Shown here one piece after another: positions 12,101 through 20,000 of a DNA stretch of 31,767 nt. The stretch is taken from IMG/VR virus record IMGVR_UViG_3300017721_000809, positions 1 to 31,767 of that record; one strand, given 5' to 3'. How positions within the stretch are numbered: the first letter of the stretch is position 1; every line of letters starts with the position of its first letter. Origin of the DNA: a virus. Taxonomy: Duplodnaviria > Caudoviricetes. Made by a program: the position numbers and the translations under genes. The notes under the pieces were generated by a model. That model saw only the letters and a program-made list of their open reading frames with translations, ran no database searches and was not told the DNA's origin.

Positions 12101-15100
12101 TTCTAAAGATATTATTAGTTTAAGTAATGGAACTATAGAAACTGGATATGGTTCCTACACTGGCACTGATAGAGATATTAAGAGATCTTTTGACTTAACA
12201 CATAAAAACAGCAACATCTTTGAAAGAACTTTTACTGGGGACAATTCTAGTATAGTTAATTTGATTGATAATTCTATTACAATTCCAAATCACTTCTATG
12301 TTAGTGGAGAAAAGATAGAATACTTCTGCCCAGGTATTGGGATTACACAGTCTATAGGAATAGCTCAAACAACATTCCCCACCACTGGTGTTACAACAAC
12401 ATTACTACCACAGACTGGGTTGTTTGTTGTCAAAGTTAATGATAATACTATCAATTTATCTAGAAGTGCGGAAGATGCATTAAAATCAATTCCAAAAGTT
12501 CTTGATCTTACATCTGTTGGTGTTGGTGCAGCACATACATTTACATCCACAAATCAAAATCCAAAAGTATTAGTTGCAATTGACAATTTAATACAATCTC
12601 CAATTGTTTCTACTGCTGTCACAACCACTTTAGCAAAACAAGTAGTTACTACTGATGAAAATGTAAAATTTGCTGGAATAACTTCGTTCTTTGGTGGGGA
12701 TTTAGTTAAAATTGGTGATGAGATTATGAAAATTGAGGGTGTAGGTATTGGTAGTACCAACACAATCAAGGTTCGTAGAGGATGGATGGGAACAAACATT
12801 CTTTCTGGACTTTCCACCGGAGATTTGGTAACAAAAATTGTTGGAAACTATAATATTGTAAAGAATACTCTCAACTTTAGTGAAGCACCGTTTGGAAATA
12901 CTCCAATTGGAACTTCAACAAATCCACCAGATGAAAGAGATTATGTTGGAATAACTACAAGTTCATCTTTCCAAGGTAGAACTTTCCAAAGAAGTGCTGC
13001 AAAAAATACTTCTAATGAAACTTATTATAAAAATTATATATTTGATGACATATCCAACAATTTCAATAGTTTGGATAGAGAATTTACTTTAAAATCTAAT
13101 GGTTCTAATATTACTGGAATTCATAATGAAGGTGCTATTATATTAATTAATGATATATTCCAAACTCCTGGAGATTTAAATAATTATACATTATCAGAAA
13201 ATACCGGAATATCCTCAATATCTTTTGTAGGATCTGCGAGAACTGTAACATCTGATGTTGGTATTAGTAGTTTCCCTAAGGGTGGAATGATTGTTTCTGT
13301 TGGATCAACAGCAGGTTTTGGTTATCAACCTTTAGTTTCTGCTGGAGGTACTGCAATCATTTCTGGATTGGGAACTATTTCATCTATTAGTATTGGAAAT
13401 AGTGGATCTGGGTATAGATCCGGAATTCAAACTGTCAATGTTAGTGTTGGTACTTCTAGTGTTTTTGGATCAAATCTGGTTAAAGTTGGAATTGCTTCTA
13501 TTAACAATGGAAATATAGTTAGTATAGCAATTACCAATCCAGGAACTGGATACACTACTACGAATTTACCATTTGTAGTAATTGACGATCCACTTTCATA
13601 TTCAAACATTCCTTTGGCATATACTTCTGGAATAACTGGATTTGGAACAAATGCAACTATATCTGTTGTTGTTGGACAGGGATCTAGTGTTATTGATTTT
13701 GAGATCAAAAATACTGGTTATGGATATGGTAATGGAGAAACACTTACTGTTGAATTTGGAGGAATTAGTGGAATTCCAACTACGACAGCATTTACACCAT
13801 CAAATCAATTTGAAATTGAAGTAGAAAAAGTTATTAAAGATGAATTTACTGGTTGGTCTTTGGGTGTTATAGAAACTCTTGATGATGTATCAAATTATAT
13901 TGATGGAACTAGAATTGACTTCCCATTATTGAGATCTGGAATTCCAATATCTATCCTTAAGTCTAAAGGTTCTAAGATTGAACTTGATCAATTGCTTTTA
14001 GTTTTTGTTAATGGAATACTTCAAATTCCCGGATCATCTTATACTTTTGATGGAGGAACTCAAATAAGATTTACTGAACCTTTAAAAATTGGCGACACAC
14101 TTAAAATTAATTTTTATAAAGGAAGTGGAGATGATTTGGATATTATTGATAGAGAAGTTATTGAAACAATAAAATATGGAGATTCTGTTCAGTTAAATTA
14201 TGATCCTGATAGAAATCAAAAATCATATTTACAGGAAAATCTCAGAACAATAAGCACTATTTCAAGTGTCAATTCTTCTAAAACTCTTCCATATTTTGGA
14301 CCAGGAACAACTAGAGATACTACTCTGGAAAGACCTATTACTTGGTGTAGACAAACTGAAGATAAAATTATCAATGGGCAAGAAGTTGGTAAAGACAGAG
14401 AAATTTATGAACCAGTCATTAATCCAACAGCAAATATTATCAATAATGTTAGTATTGGATCAACCACAATATACGTTGATAGACTAAGACCATTATTTGA
14501 TCTTAATAATGAGAATGCAGATTCTAACGTTAGGGAAACGTATAGAAAGCAAATTACATTATTGTCCCCTGAAACTACTGTAGGTGCCTCTGCAACCGCT
14601 GTTGTATCCATTGCAGGTACAATTGCGTCAATACCTATTTCTAACGGCGGTGTCGGTTATTCTACAGCACCTGATGTTAGTGTTGGTATAGGATCTGTCA
14701 CAGCAACAGCAACATCAACAATCACTAATGGAGTTGTCACCGGAATTACTATTATCAATCCTGGATCTGGATACACTCAAACTAACCCACCATTAGTTCT
14801 CATTGGACCTCCAGCAAAACAGACTGAAACAAACGATGTATTAAATTCCCAATACTCTGGTGATTCTGGTGTAATTGTTGGACTTGGAACAACATCTGTA
14901 GGCGTTGGATCGACAGGAATGATGTTCCATCTTCACATTCCATTCACATCCGAGATGAGAAATGCTAAGTTAGTTGGAACTGCAACAACCTTAAGTGGAA
15001 TATCCACTGGAGATTACTTTATTGTAAGAAATTCTAATTTAGGAGCAGCAACTACAAGTATAACTTCTTTTGGAACAGATAATTCTACAATTGTTGGAAT

Positions 15101-15416
15101 TGGAGCTGAATTTATTGATAATGTATATGTTGTCAACTCTTCAGAATTAATAACTCAAAATATTTCTGGAATCAGCACAACGGTCGTTAAAGTAACTGTA
15201 AACACTAATGTCAATCCCAATGGAATTTCTGGATTATCAACTGCAGCATTCCTTGGCGAATATTCTTGGGGTAAGGTTATTTTAAATGGAAGAACCAAAG
15301 AATTTTCATATCCAGCAAATACTTTGTCTGGAATTGGAACAAATGAATTAACTGGAATATCAACCTCTTCCAAACTTTATAGAACCAAGTATATAAGGTT
15401 TAAAAAATTCACATGA
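3180..15416 (+). CDS. gp7: Giant baseplate wedge protein, gp7-like (4078 aa, multi-module)
   Basis: Lies between gp6 and gp8. N-terminal NQLPTYV...FLKQYY and FIKQSKDFYTSKGT...KILFKALYG, and later DNNYYQKFSYALRS...LNHTIGYKKFGDL, match cyanophage gp7-like wedge initiators. Contains many internal repeats. Confidence 0.8.
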   Translation: MSETRIKFSNIVKNQLPTYVENEFPLISEFLKQYYISQEYKSGSTDLIQNIDQYVKLDEQTSLNYEVNLIEDTDEFATTINIDLSLNQRGTELFPDSYGLLKINDEVITYTGKTDSSFTGCIRGFNGVTSYQSDLNQGDLVFSSTEAADHKKGDVVENLSCLFLKEFLKKTKVQFLPGLNERPLSSNLNQNLFIKQSKDFYTSKGTDQAHKILFKALYGVDVEVVKPRDYLFTPSNSNNLVTSNFLVESITGDPESLESKTIFQGTSGETYTPLYSVEKINTGIGKTYYKLAFDSGYNRDSSVLGATRGSFKISPKTHIIGNVSSGSTVIDVDSTIGFPNSGELGVKYPNSTNSNTGIVSYTSKTVTQFLGCTNIVDTIIDGDTLNTLDYAYTKPDSEIQVRIGSVLSNFSKQDGIFDYKPGDKFQIKTLGIENESFRFKNWLYNNSVKYSISKIELIDNISPKVYKLTLKTENYLRLGDNLTITSPNSIDSFDAVVSDIISAKVITVKTTATLDIKLGYSICKKIKKVTSDYFPGVGKFQSNIQNVYKKKYSNSALIATNSLPSYKTQPLTVDRKRITFSGTFSGSIFNINNHGYYSGESIYYTPQKTTKSVELDGEISEETTVISSLFGGDTGGEGVYYILRVDNDNIKLAKSNANLYASQFVSTENSTTVVDNIIEDSILAGKQLEPQKLYREISNPINNDLLIETKPGSTGILINGVEILNYKSNNLIHYGKLEEVEVSSPGSGFDIINPPILSIKDPVGSGATGYLAVSGNLRNIQIIDRGFDFTEVPIVSITGGNGSNAKASAVTKLISHSVEFFSDPSSARVSLGASLSTIGFSTYHKFRDGEQVVYKTNSQKGVGGLSTDATYFASIVDATTIKLHNNIGDSVVGINTVTLSFFGEGKHILECTSKKAVIDSINVVNNGSGYENKKRSVISAGINTASNTVTIENHDYNSGEVIRYSTGSSSIGGLVDGKDYYVTSIDNNQFRLSEIGTINDKDLFYRTNQYVELESSGSGTHHFNYPPILVSVKGPVGISTVAGIESKDFQSIVQPIFTGEVTSVHLSNKGFGYGTNDIINLNKPPQVSIISGANAQAQPIVSSAGEIIEVLVENVGSKYTSIPTVELLSDSGIGCVLTPIFENGLLKEIIVVEPGIGYVSGQTEILISPTEEDVNFIPKLQTWRINLFDKLYNTNRIKDDDLVLGESSSKKYGLQCYSLYAPRELRQMVYSIAQGGETLYGKTDLKLVNSQETEFTDHSPILGWAYDGNPIYGPYGYSGVDGGVVTLMKSSYRLNQTRPSGPPTSVYPIGTFVEDFTYYELDDDSFLDQNNGRYCITPDFPNGTYAYFTTINENSNESSGVFKNYRIPKFPYTIGKNYNSTPIDFNFKVSSNQDEYQIEDNDWCRNTVSYNLREDGLDYPYIYLPDNLSQTGEIVSTNRGELQRVDIKTPGDNYRIGDTLNISNGGTTGFGAAGRVAILKGKKVNSLNASITKLSGVDIFPSSKKGTYFVQSTSPHNLKPLDIVSVGAVSTTTSKIEGKYSIGVLNESFSLTGIGTIGVAIGSTSVTGIVTFFNISSNLIGSNIVPNDILGIGTERVKVLNIDKNNSRFRVLRSVDGTVGGIHTIGSIISEDPRRLTINSGFKTTFNFKRNTEVYFEPSETVGLGTIAVGLGTVLTFSSFGLNTVGLGTTSGSSTLNVPLKSLYVKNHNLQTGDILTYSSNGGSGIVYNEVGRVGIDTTLSDGQQVFVAKISNDLIGIATQKVGLGSTGGFVGVGNSSSTIFFTGLGSGNNHSFKTNYEQITGDISKRSVTVVTDVNHGVTSVHKVDIDVDPKFTETYTVKYNDANRRVLVGIQTFSAIGINSSTNNINITNHGYESGNKVIHTSTAPCGGLENDKIYYIVKVDNDNVKLSNTHYSSVSLAPSIVGISSTSFGEFGLVNPPINAYRTSTLNFDMSDSSLAYTQQSTQYPAFKLNFYLDDKYTKIWKTDETSGTFNVSRTGKSGLSTTSKVTVSIGRTSPDRIYYRLDPIFNSNIPNEKSEIVVDKTVFNNNSIISTNSVYNGQRQISIAGTNFFTFSLYENPESNSYVSTSSSITYTTDCTHTSGPISRVEVTSSGKNYNSLPEIISVNSVEGTGAELVSVSNNIGIIEKVKLNDIGYDFPTDNTLKPSASLPQIISVDSYAKIDNINIISIGKGYSYAPDLIAFDGKTGKQIVDLSIGYSLGDSNVSIFNNTKGINNSVPKILPINNNNGVGISTVGFNTITKDVTVKMSVGFSTNFPFAVGDSVLIENISIGAGSTGKGFNSKDYGYKLFTLTNVTENIGGIGSVAYNLSNDLENGEIPGTMDLINSSGMITPEKFFPSFEVSLVTGDYLPGEKVTSNINGNQIEGIAQSWDKTTKTLRILSNDNFKTGEKLRGLTSNLIGVASTVTSYESYFDTDVSSLIFSGSQLDSGFLNDNLQRLPDNNYYQKFSYALRSTIAFDDWNDVISSLNHTIGYKKFGDLQVETSNGSQPLTVGLTTGLTDVSIVSDLHGVIDTNCVFDFDIATENNLNFTNETNGILSNEVFFNKKILTDFTESVGNRVLSIDDISPLFNSNPRSTAFTTVGTFKLSDIRFRKYFTYLRDKRFTQERQSLIVDLIHDGIFGYINQYARIESVYDQGSFDFAISGDEGELRFFPTKSSVNDYDITAISYNLNDNYLSTGSTSIGGVLIDSESVIINSGVSTPIVSVGNTYHSLKVLVEITPDVSNPSFGSTATFNSNEFEAQELNIVHDGSNVSILEYGKLTTSSGSYSATGFGTYTAYLSGSNIKLDFNPSAGIGTNAVVNTIVVGLSSVSSGNSTLDMKHARLQSRTTNITSSGSPTENVISEYPSQSGTQVDRYDSAYCMIQVHDTTNNRYEFLEYIVVDDHIEGETVSDTFDTEFANIQTHSGLGTFGSKVITNSVGLAATTQVLFTPVSGINATVHVYMNAVRIEDDSKDIISLSNGTIETGYGSYTGTDRDIKRSFDLTHKNSNIFERTFTGDNSSIVNLIDNSITIPNHFYVSGEKIEYFCPGIGITQSIGIAQTTFPTTGVTTTLLPQTGLFVVKVNDNTINLSRSAEDALKSIPKVLDLTSVGVGAAHTFTSTNQNPKVLVAIDNLIQSPIVSTAVTTTLAKQVVTTDENVKFAGITSFFGGDLVKIGDEIMKIEGVGIGSTNTIKVRRGWMGTNILSGLSTGDLVTKIVGNYNIVKNTLNFSEAPFGNTPIGTSTNPPDERDYVGITTSSSFQGRTFQRSAAKNTSNETYYKNYIFDDISNNFNSLDREFTLKSNGSNITGIHNEGAIILINDIFQTPGDLNNYTLSENTGISSISFVGSARTVTSDVGISSFPKGGMIVSVGSTAGFGYQPLVSAGGTAIISGLGTISSISIGNSGSGYRSGIQTVNVSVGTSSVFGSNLVKVGIASINNGNIVSIAITNPGTGYTTTNLPFVVIDDPLSYSNIPLAYTSGITGFGTNATISVVVGQGSSVIDFEIKNTGYGYGNGETLTVEFGGISGIPTTTAFTPSNQFEIEVEKVIKDEFTGWSLGVIETLDDVSNYIDGTRIDFPLLRSGIPISILKSKGSKIELDQLLLVFVNGILQIPGSSYTFDGGTQIRFTEPLKIGDTLKINFYKGSGDDLDIIDREVIETIKYGDSVQLNYDPDRNQKSYLQENLRTISTISSVNSSKTLPYFGPGTTRDTTLERPITWCRQTEDKIINGQEVGKDREIYEPVINPTANIINNVSIGSTTIYVDRLRPLFDLNNENADSNVRETYRKQITLLSPETTVGASATAVVSIAGTIASIPISNGGVGYSTAPDVSVGIGSVTATATSTITNGVVTGITIINPGSGYTQTNPPLVLIGPPAKQTETNDVLNSQYSGDSGVIVGLGTTSVGVGSTGMMFHLHIPFTSEMRNAKLVGTATTLSGISTGDYFIVRNSNLGAATTSITSFGTDNSTIVGIGAEFIDNVYVVNSSELITQNISGISTTVVKVTVNTNVNPNGISGLSTAAFLGEYSWGKVILNGRTKEFSYPANTLSGIGTNELTGISTSSKLYRTKYIRFKKFT

Positions 15417-15424
15417 TTATCTGT

Positions 15425-15432
15425 AATAAATA
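15425..15432 (+). promoter_or_regulatory. Late promoter core AATAAATA
   Basis: Intergenic, 18 nt before the gp8 ATG. Confidence 0.75.
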
Positions 15433-15450
15433 ATAAAAAAGTCTGTCAAA

Positions 15451-17007
15451 ATGGCTGCCATTATAACTGATCAAGTTAGAATATTAAACGCAAAGAATTT
15501 TGTTGCAGGAATTGCAAATGCAAGTAATTCCTATTATTCTTTTGTTGGTCTTCCAAATCCAACTGATTATTCTTCTACCTGGAATGATTCTCCACCCTCA
15601 CCAAAAGATAATTTTGATCAGGAGAATGATTATTGGGATACAATGATCGCCCTTAAAAAAATTAATGCCACTGACGTTAGGCAAGTTATTCCAAAAAGAA
15701 TCTGGTCTTCAGGAACTACTTACGACATGTATCGCCATGACTATAGTAGAACCAACACTGCATCTGTTTCTGGATCAACTAATTTATATAACTCAAATTT
15801 TTATGTTTTAAATAGTGATTATAGAGTTTATATTTGTCTTCAAAATGGAACTAATCCAGAAAACACACTTGGCAGACCTTCTCTAGACGAACCAACATTT
15901 GTTGATTTGGAACCAAAATCAGCTGGAACTAGTGGTGATGGGTATATTTGGAAATATCTATATACCATCAAACCGGCAGATATTGTCAAATTTGATTCTA
16001 CACAATTTTTACCAGTCCCTAACGATTGGAGTACTAGTAATGATACTTCTTTAGTTAGAGAAAATGCTGTAGATGGATCTATCAAAATTGCAGCAATAAA
16101 AAATCGTGGAGTTGGATTAGGAACAGCAAATAGTACATATACTAGAGTTCCCATCCAAGGAGATGGGTCTGGTGCAGAATGTACCATTACCATTGATGGC
16201 GATTCAAAGGTTGACACTGTTAACATATCTTCCCAAGGATCTGGATATACTTTTGGAACAGTTGATTTTGAATCTGGTGGAATTCCAGTTGGAACAACTA
16301 GACCAGAGTTTGATGTTATCATAACTCCACAAGGTGGGCATGGTGCAGACATCTATAGAGAACTTGGTGCCTATAGCGTATTACTATATTCTAGAATTGA
16401 GAATGATAATGAAAATCCAGACTTTATAACAGGTAATCAATTTTCAAGAATTGGAGTTGTAGAAAACCCACTTCCTCCAAATGGGGGATCAACAGTTTTG
16501 GGAATTGATAAGGCAAGTGCAGTAACTGCATTAAAACTTACTGGAGTTGGTTATAGTTCAGCAACTTTCACTGCAGATTCTTTTGTGACACAAACAGTAG
16601 GCACTGGAGAAACTTCTGTAGGTAGAGTTATTAATTATGATCAAAATACTGGAGTTTTAAAATTGTGGCAGGATAGAACTGTCGCAGGATTTACAACAGC
16701 AGGAATTGGTCAAACAAATCCAACATATGGATATTCACTTAAATCATTTACTGGAGTTCCATCTGGAAATGGGACGCTTACAATTACCCCAAGTACAGGA
16801 CTGCAATTAAGTATTGACAGTTCTTTTAATGATAATAAAACCACGATAAATAATCGTATATATTATCTTGGAATGGATTTTAATAGCGGTGTTGCTTCTC
16901 CAGAGGTAAAACAGCATTCTGGAAATATTATATACGTAGATAATAGACCATCTATAACAAGATCGTCAAATCAAAAAGAAGACATAAAAGTTATCTTGCA
17001 GTTCTAA
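15451..17007 (+). CDS. gp8: Baseplate wedge subunit gp8
   Basis: 518 aa. MAAIITDQVRILNA, WSSGTTYDMYRHDY, YRVYICLQNG, DGYIWKYLYTI and C-terminal SGNIIYVDNRPSITRSSNQKEDIKVILQF match T4-like gp8. Confidence 0.93.
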   Translation: MAAIITDQVRILNAKNFVAGIANASNSYYSFVGLPNPTDYSSTWNDSPPSPKDNFDQENDYWDTMIALKKINATDVRQVIPKRIWSSGTTYDMYRHDYSRTNTASVSGSTNLYNSNFYVLNSDYRVYICLQNGTNPENTLGRPSLDEPTFVDLEPKSAGTSGDGYIWKYLYTIKPADIVKFDSTQFLPVPNDWSTSNDTSLVRENAVDGSIKIAAIKNRGVGLGTANSTYTRVPIQGDGSGAECTITIDGDSKVDTVNISSQGSGYTFGTVDFESGGIPVGTTRPEFDVIITPQGGHGADIYRELGAYSVLLYSRIENDNENPDFITGNQFSRIGVVENPLPPNGGSTVLGIDKASAVTALKLTGVGYSSATFTADSFVTQTVGTGETSVGRVINYDQNTGVLKLWQDRTVAGFTTAGIGQTNPTYGYSLKSFTGVPSGNGTLTITPSTGLQLSIDSSFNDNKTTINNRIYYLGMDFNSGVASPEVKQHSGNIIYVDNRPSITRSSNQKEDIKVILQF

Positions 17008-17013
17008 AGAATT

Positions 17014-20000
17014 ATGCCACAACAAACGAACCTCAACGTAGCTCCCTACTTTGATGATTTTGATCCCACAAATGATTACCAGAAAGTACTTTTTAAACCT
17101 GGATATCCTGTTCAGGCAAGAGAACTAACTACTCTACAGTCGATTCTACAGAATCAAGTAGAAAAATTTGGACAACACTTTTTTAAAGAAGGTGCAAAAG
17201 TAATTCCTGGTAATATTGGATATTCTCAACTATATTATGCGGTTCAATTAGCAAATAATTTTCAAGGTGTTCCTGTTGAGGCATATGTAGATCAGTTAGT
17301 TGGAACAACAATTACTGGTCAGACTTCTGGAGTGACTGCAGTTGTTGATAGTATTTTATCATCCTCTGATTCGGAGAGAGGTACTGTAACCCTTTATGTT
17401 TCATATTCAGGATCATCTAGATTAGATAATACTACTCAAACTTTTTCTGATGGAGAATCTTTGACATGTAATCAGGTTATTAGTTCGGGGTTGCTTGGAA
17501 ATTCTACTATTGCTCCGGGAACACCTTTTGCAAATACATTATCAAATAACGCAACTGCAACAGGATCAGTATTTCAAATTGAAGAAGGAGTATATTTTAT
17601 ACGTGGATATTTCGTAAATGTAAATAAAGAATCATTAGTATTAGACCAATATACAAATAAACCCAGTTATAGAGTAGGTCTATTTGTATCTGAGGAGATT
17701 ATAAACGCAAATGCGGATGAATCTCTTAATGACAATTCTCAAGGATTTAATAATTATGGAGCTCCTGGGGCAGATAGATTAAAAATTTCAGTAAGTTTAT
17801 TTAAAAAATCTATTGATGATTTAAATGATGACAATTTTGTAGAATTAGCAACTATTGTAAATGGGGATTTAAAAACCTCAACAAATAAAAGAGGTAGTGC
17901 CTCTAGAGGAAATGGTGCGGTTTTCCACGATGATTTAACTGATGTTTTAGCGAGAAGAACTTATGATGAGAGTGGTCATTATGTTGTAAGACCATTTAAT
18001 GTTTCTATTGTAAATTCTTTAAACAATAATTTAGGAAATCAAGGTTTATATCAACCTGGTCAATTTACTGCAGGAGGAACTGCTGCTAATGCAGATTTAT
18101 CCGTATGTAAAATTTCTCCAGGAAAAGCATATGTAAGAGGATATGAAATTGAAACAATTAGTAGTACTATTATTGACTCACCAAAACCAAGAACTACTAG
18201 AACTATAGAAAATCAATTCTTTAATTATAATACAGGACCAACTCTCAAATTAAATAGTGTATACAGATCTCCAACTGTAGGAGTTGGAAATACTTTTATA
18301 TTAAGTTTGAGAGATGAAAGAGTTGGTACAAATTCAGAAGAGGCAGTTGGAAAAGAAATTGGTCTTGCTAGAGTATTTGATTTTAGATTAGAATCCGGAT
18401 CTTATAATTCAGCACTACCAAACGATAATGAGTGGGGAATGTCAATGTATGACATACAACCATTTACTGAAATTGAAGTTAATGAATCCTTAAGTCTATC
18501 AATTCCTTCATATGTTGAAGGTAGTAATAGTGGAGCTACTGCATTTTTAAGAAGTCCTGTTGTAGGAACAGCTTTGACTGTTTATGATAAAAAGGGTGAA
18601 TTTATTAATAATGAAACTTTAATTTTTAGAAGTGGAATTTCTACATCTGCACAAGTAGTCACTATTAATAGAGTAGCAAAAAATATAACTGCATATGGAA
18701 TCTCAGATGTAAAATCTGTATATTCAAATACTGGAATTGGAGCTGATCCAGACAATAACGAGAATATAGCTGGAATTAATACTTTTAGTGCCAATGTAGT
18801 GCAGACACCTTCTACTATTATAGGTGTTGCATCAGTTACTACATTTTCTAGTGGAATCAGTACAGTAACTAGTTCTAATAAATTATTTCCTGGAAATATA
18901 AAAACAAATAGTTTATTACAATATTCCGATATCTCTATATCGGATGATCCAATTACTGCCAAAGTAGTATCTGTAGGATCATCTCATATTACAGTAACTG
19001 GAGTTACTACTGTGACTGGAGTTGTTAGTGGGAAACTTCCAGTATCTAATTTTGTAGCATCAGATCTAGAACTACTTACAACACAATTAGATCCATCTTC
19101 TGATAATACATTATTCACGGAACTACCAAAAGAAAATATTGCAACAGTAGATTTAACTGATGCTGAAATAAACATAAGAAAAACCTTTACGGTCAATATT
19201 GCAAACAATCAATTAGATTCTACAAGTCTTTCAACCATAACTTTACCAGAAGGTGAAACTTATTTACCATATTTCGATGAGAGATATACTCTTATTAGAT
19301 CAGATGGAGCAACAGAACCTTTGTCTGCAGATAAATTTGAATTCTCATCCAATCTCAGAGAAGTTCAAATTAGAAATTTAGGGACTGATAATACAGGAGC
19401 ACAACTTGTTGTTACAGTCAAAAAATCAAATGTAAAAGCTAAGAAAAAAATTAAAAATAGAGTTAAAACTTTAATAGTTGATAAATCTATAAATCCAGCA
19501 TCTGGAATTGGGACAACAACTCTCAACGATGGATTGTCTTATGGGTCTTATGCATTTGGCACTAGAGTTCAAGATAATATAATTTCTTTAAATTCTCCAG
19601 ACATTATTGAAATTCATGGAATATATGAAACATCAGATCCTTCATTGAGTGATACAAACTTTGGATCTCCTGAGATGATTTTAACTCAACTCAATGGTCC
19701 AACTTCTAGTACTGGTGATATGATCATTGGTGAATTGCTAGTCGGTCAAACCAGTGGAGCAGTTGCTGTATTTGGTGAAGTTAAAAGTTCTAATGAGTTA
19801 AGATATCTTTCCAAAAACAATTTTAAATTCATTGAAGGGGAAGTTGTTTCCTTCCAAGAATCTTTGATAGAAGGATTAATTAGCACTTTAAATACAACAT
19901 CATTTAATATTGCATCAAACTATACATTTTCTTCTGGACAAAGAAGTACAACATATAATCATGGATCTTTAACAAGAAAATCTGATTCAAATTCTCCAAA

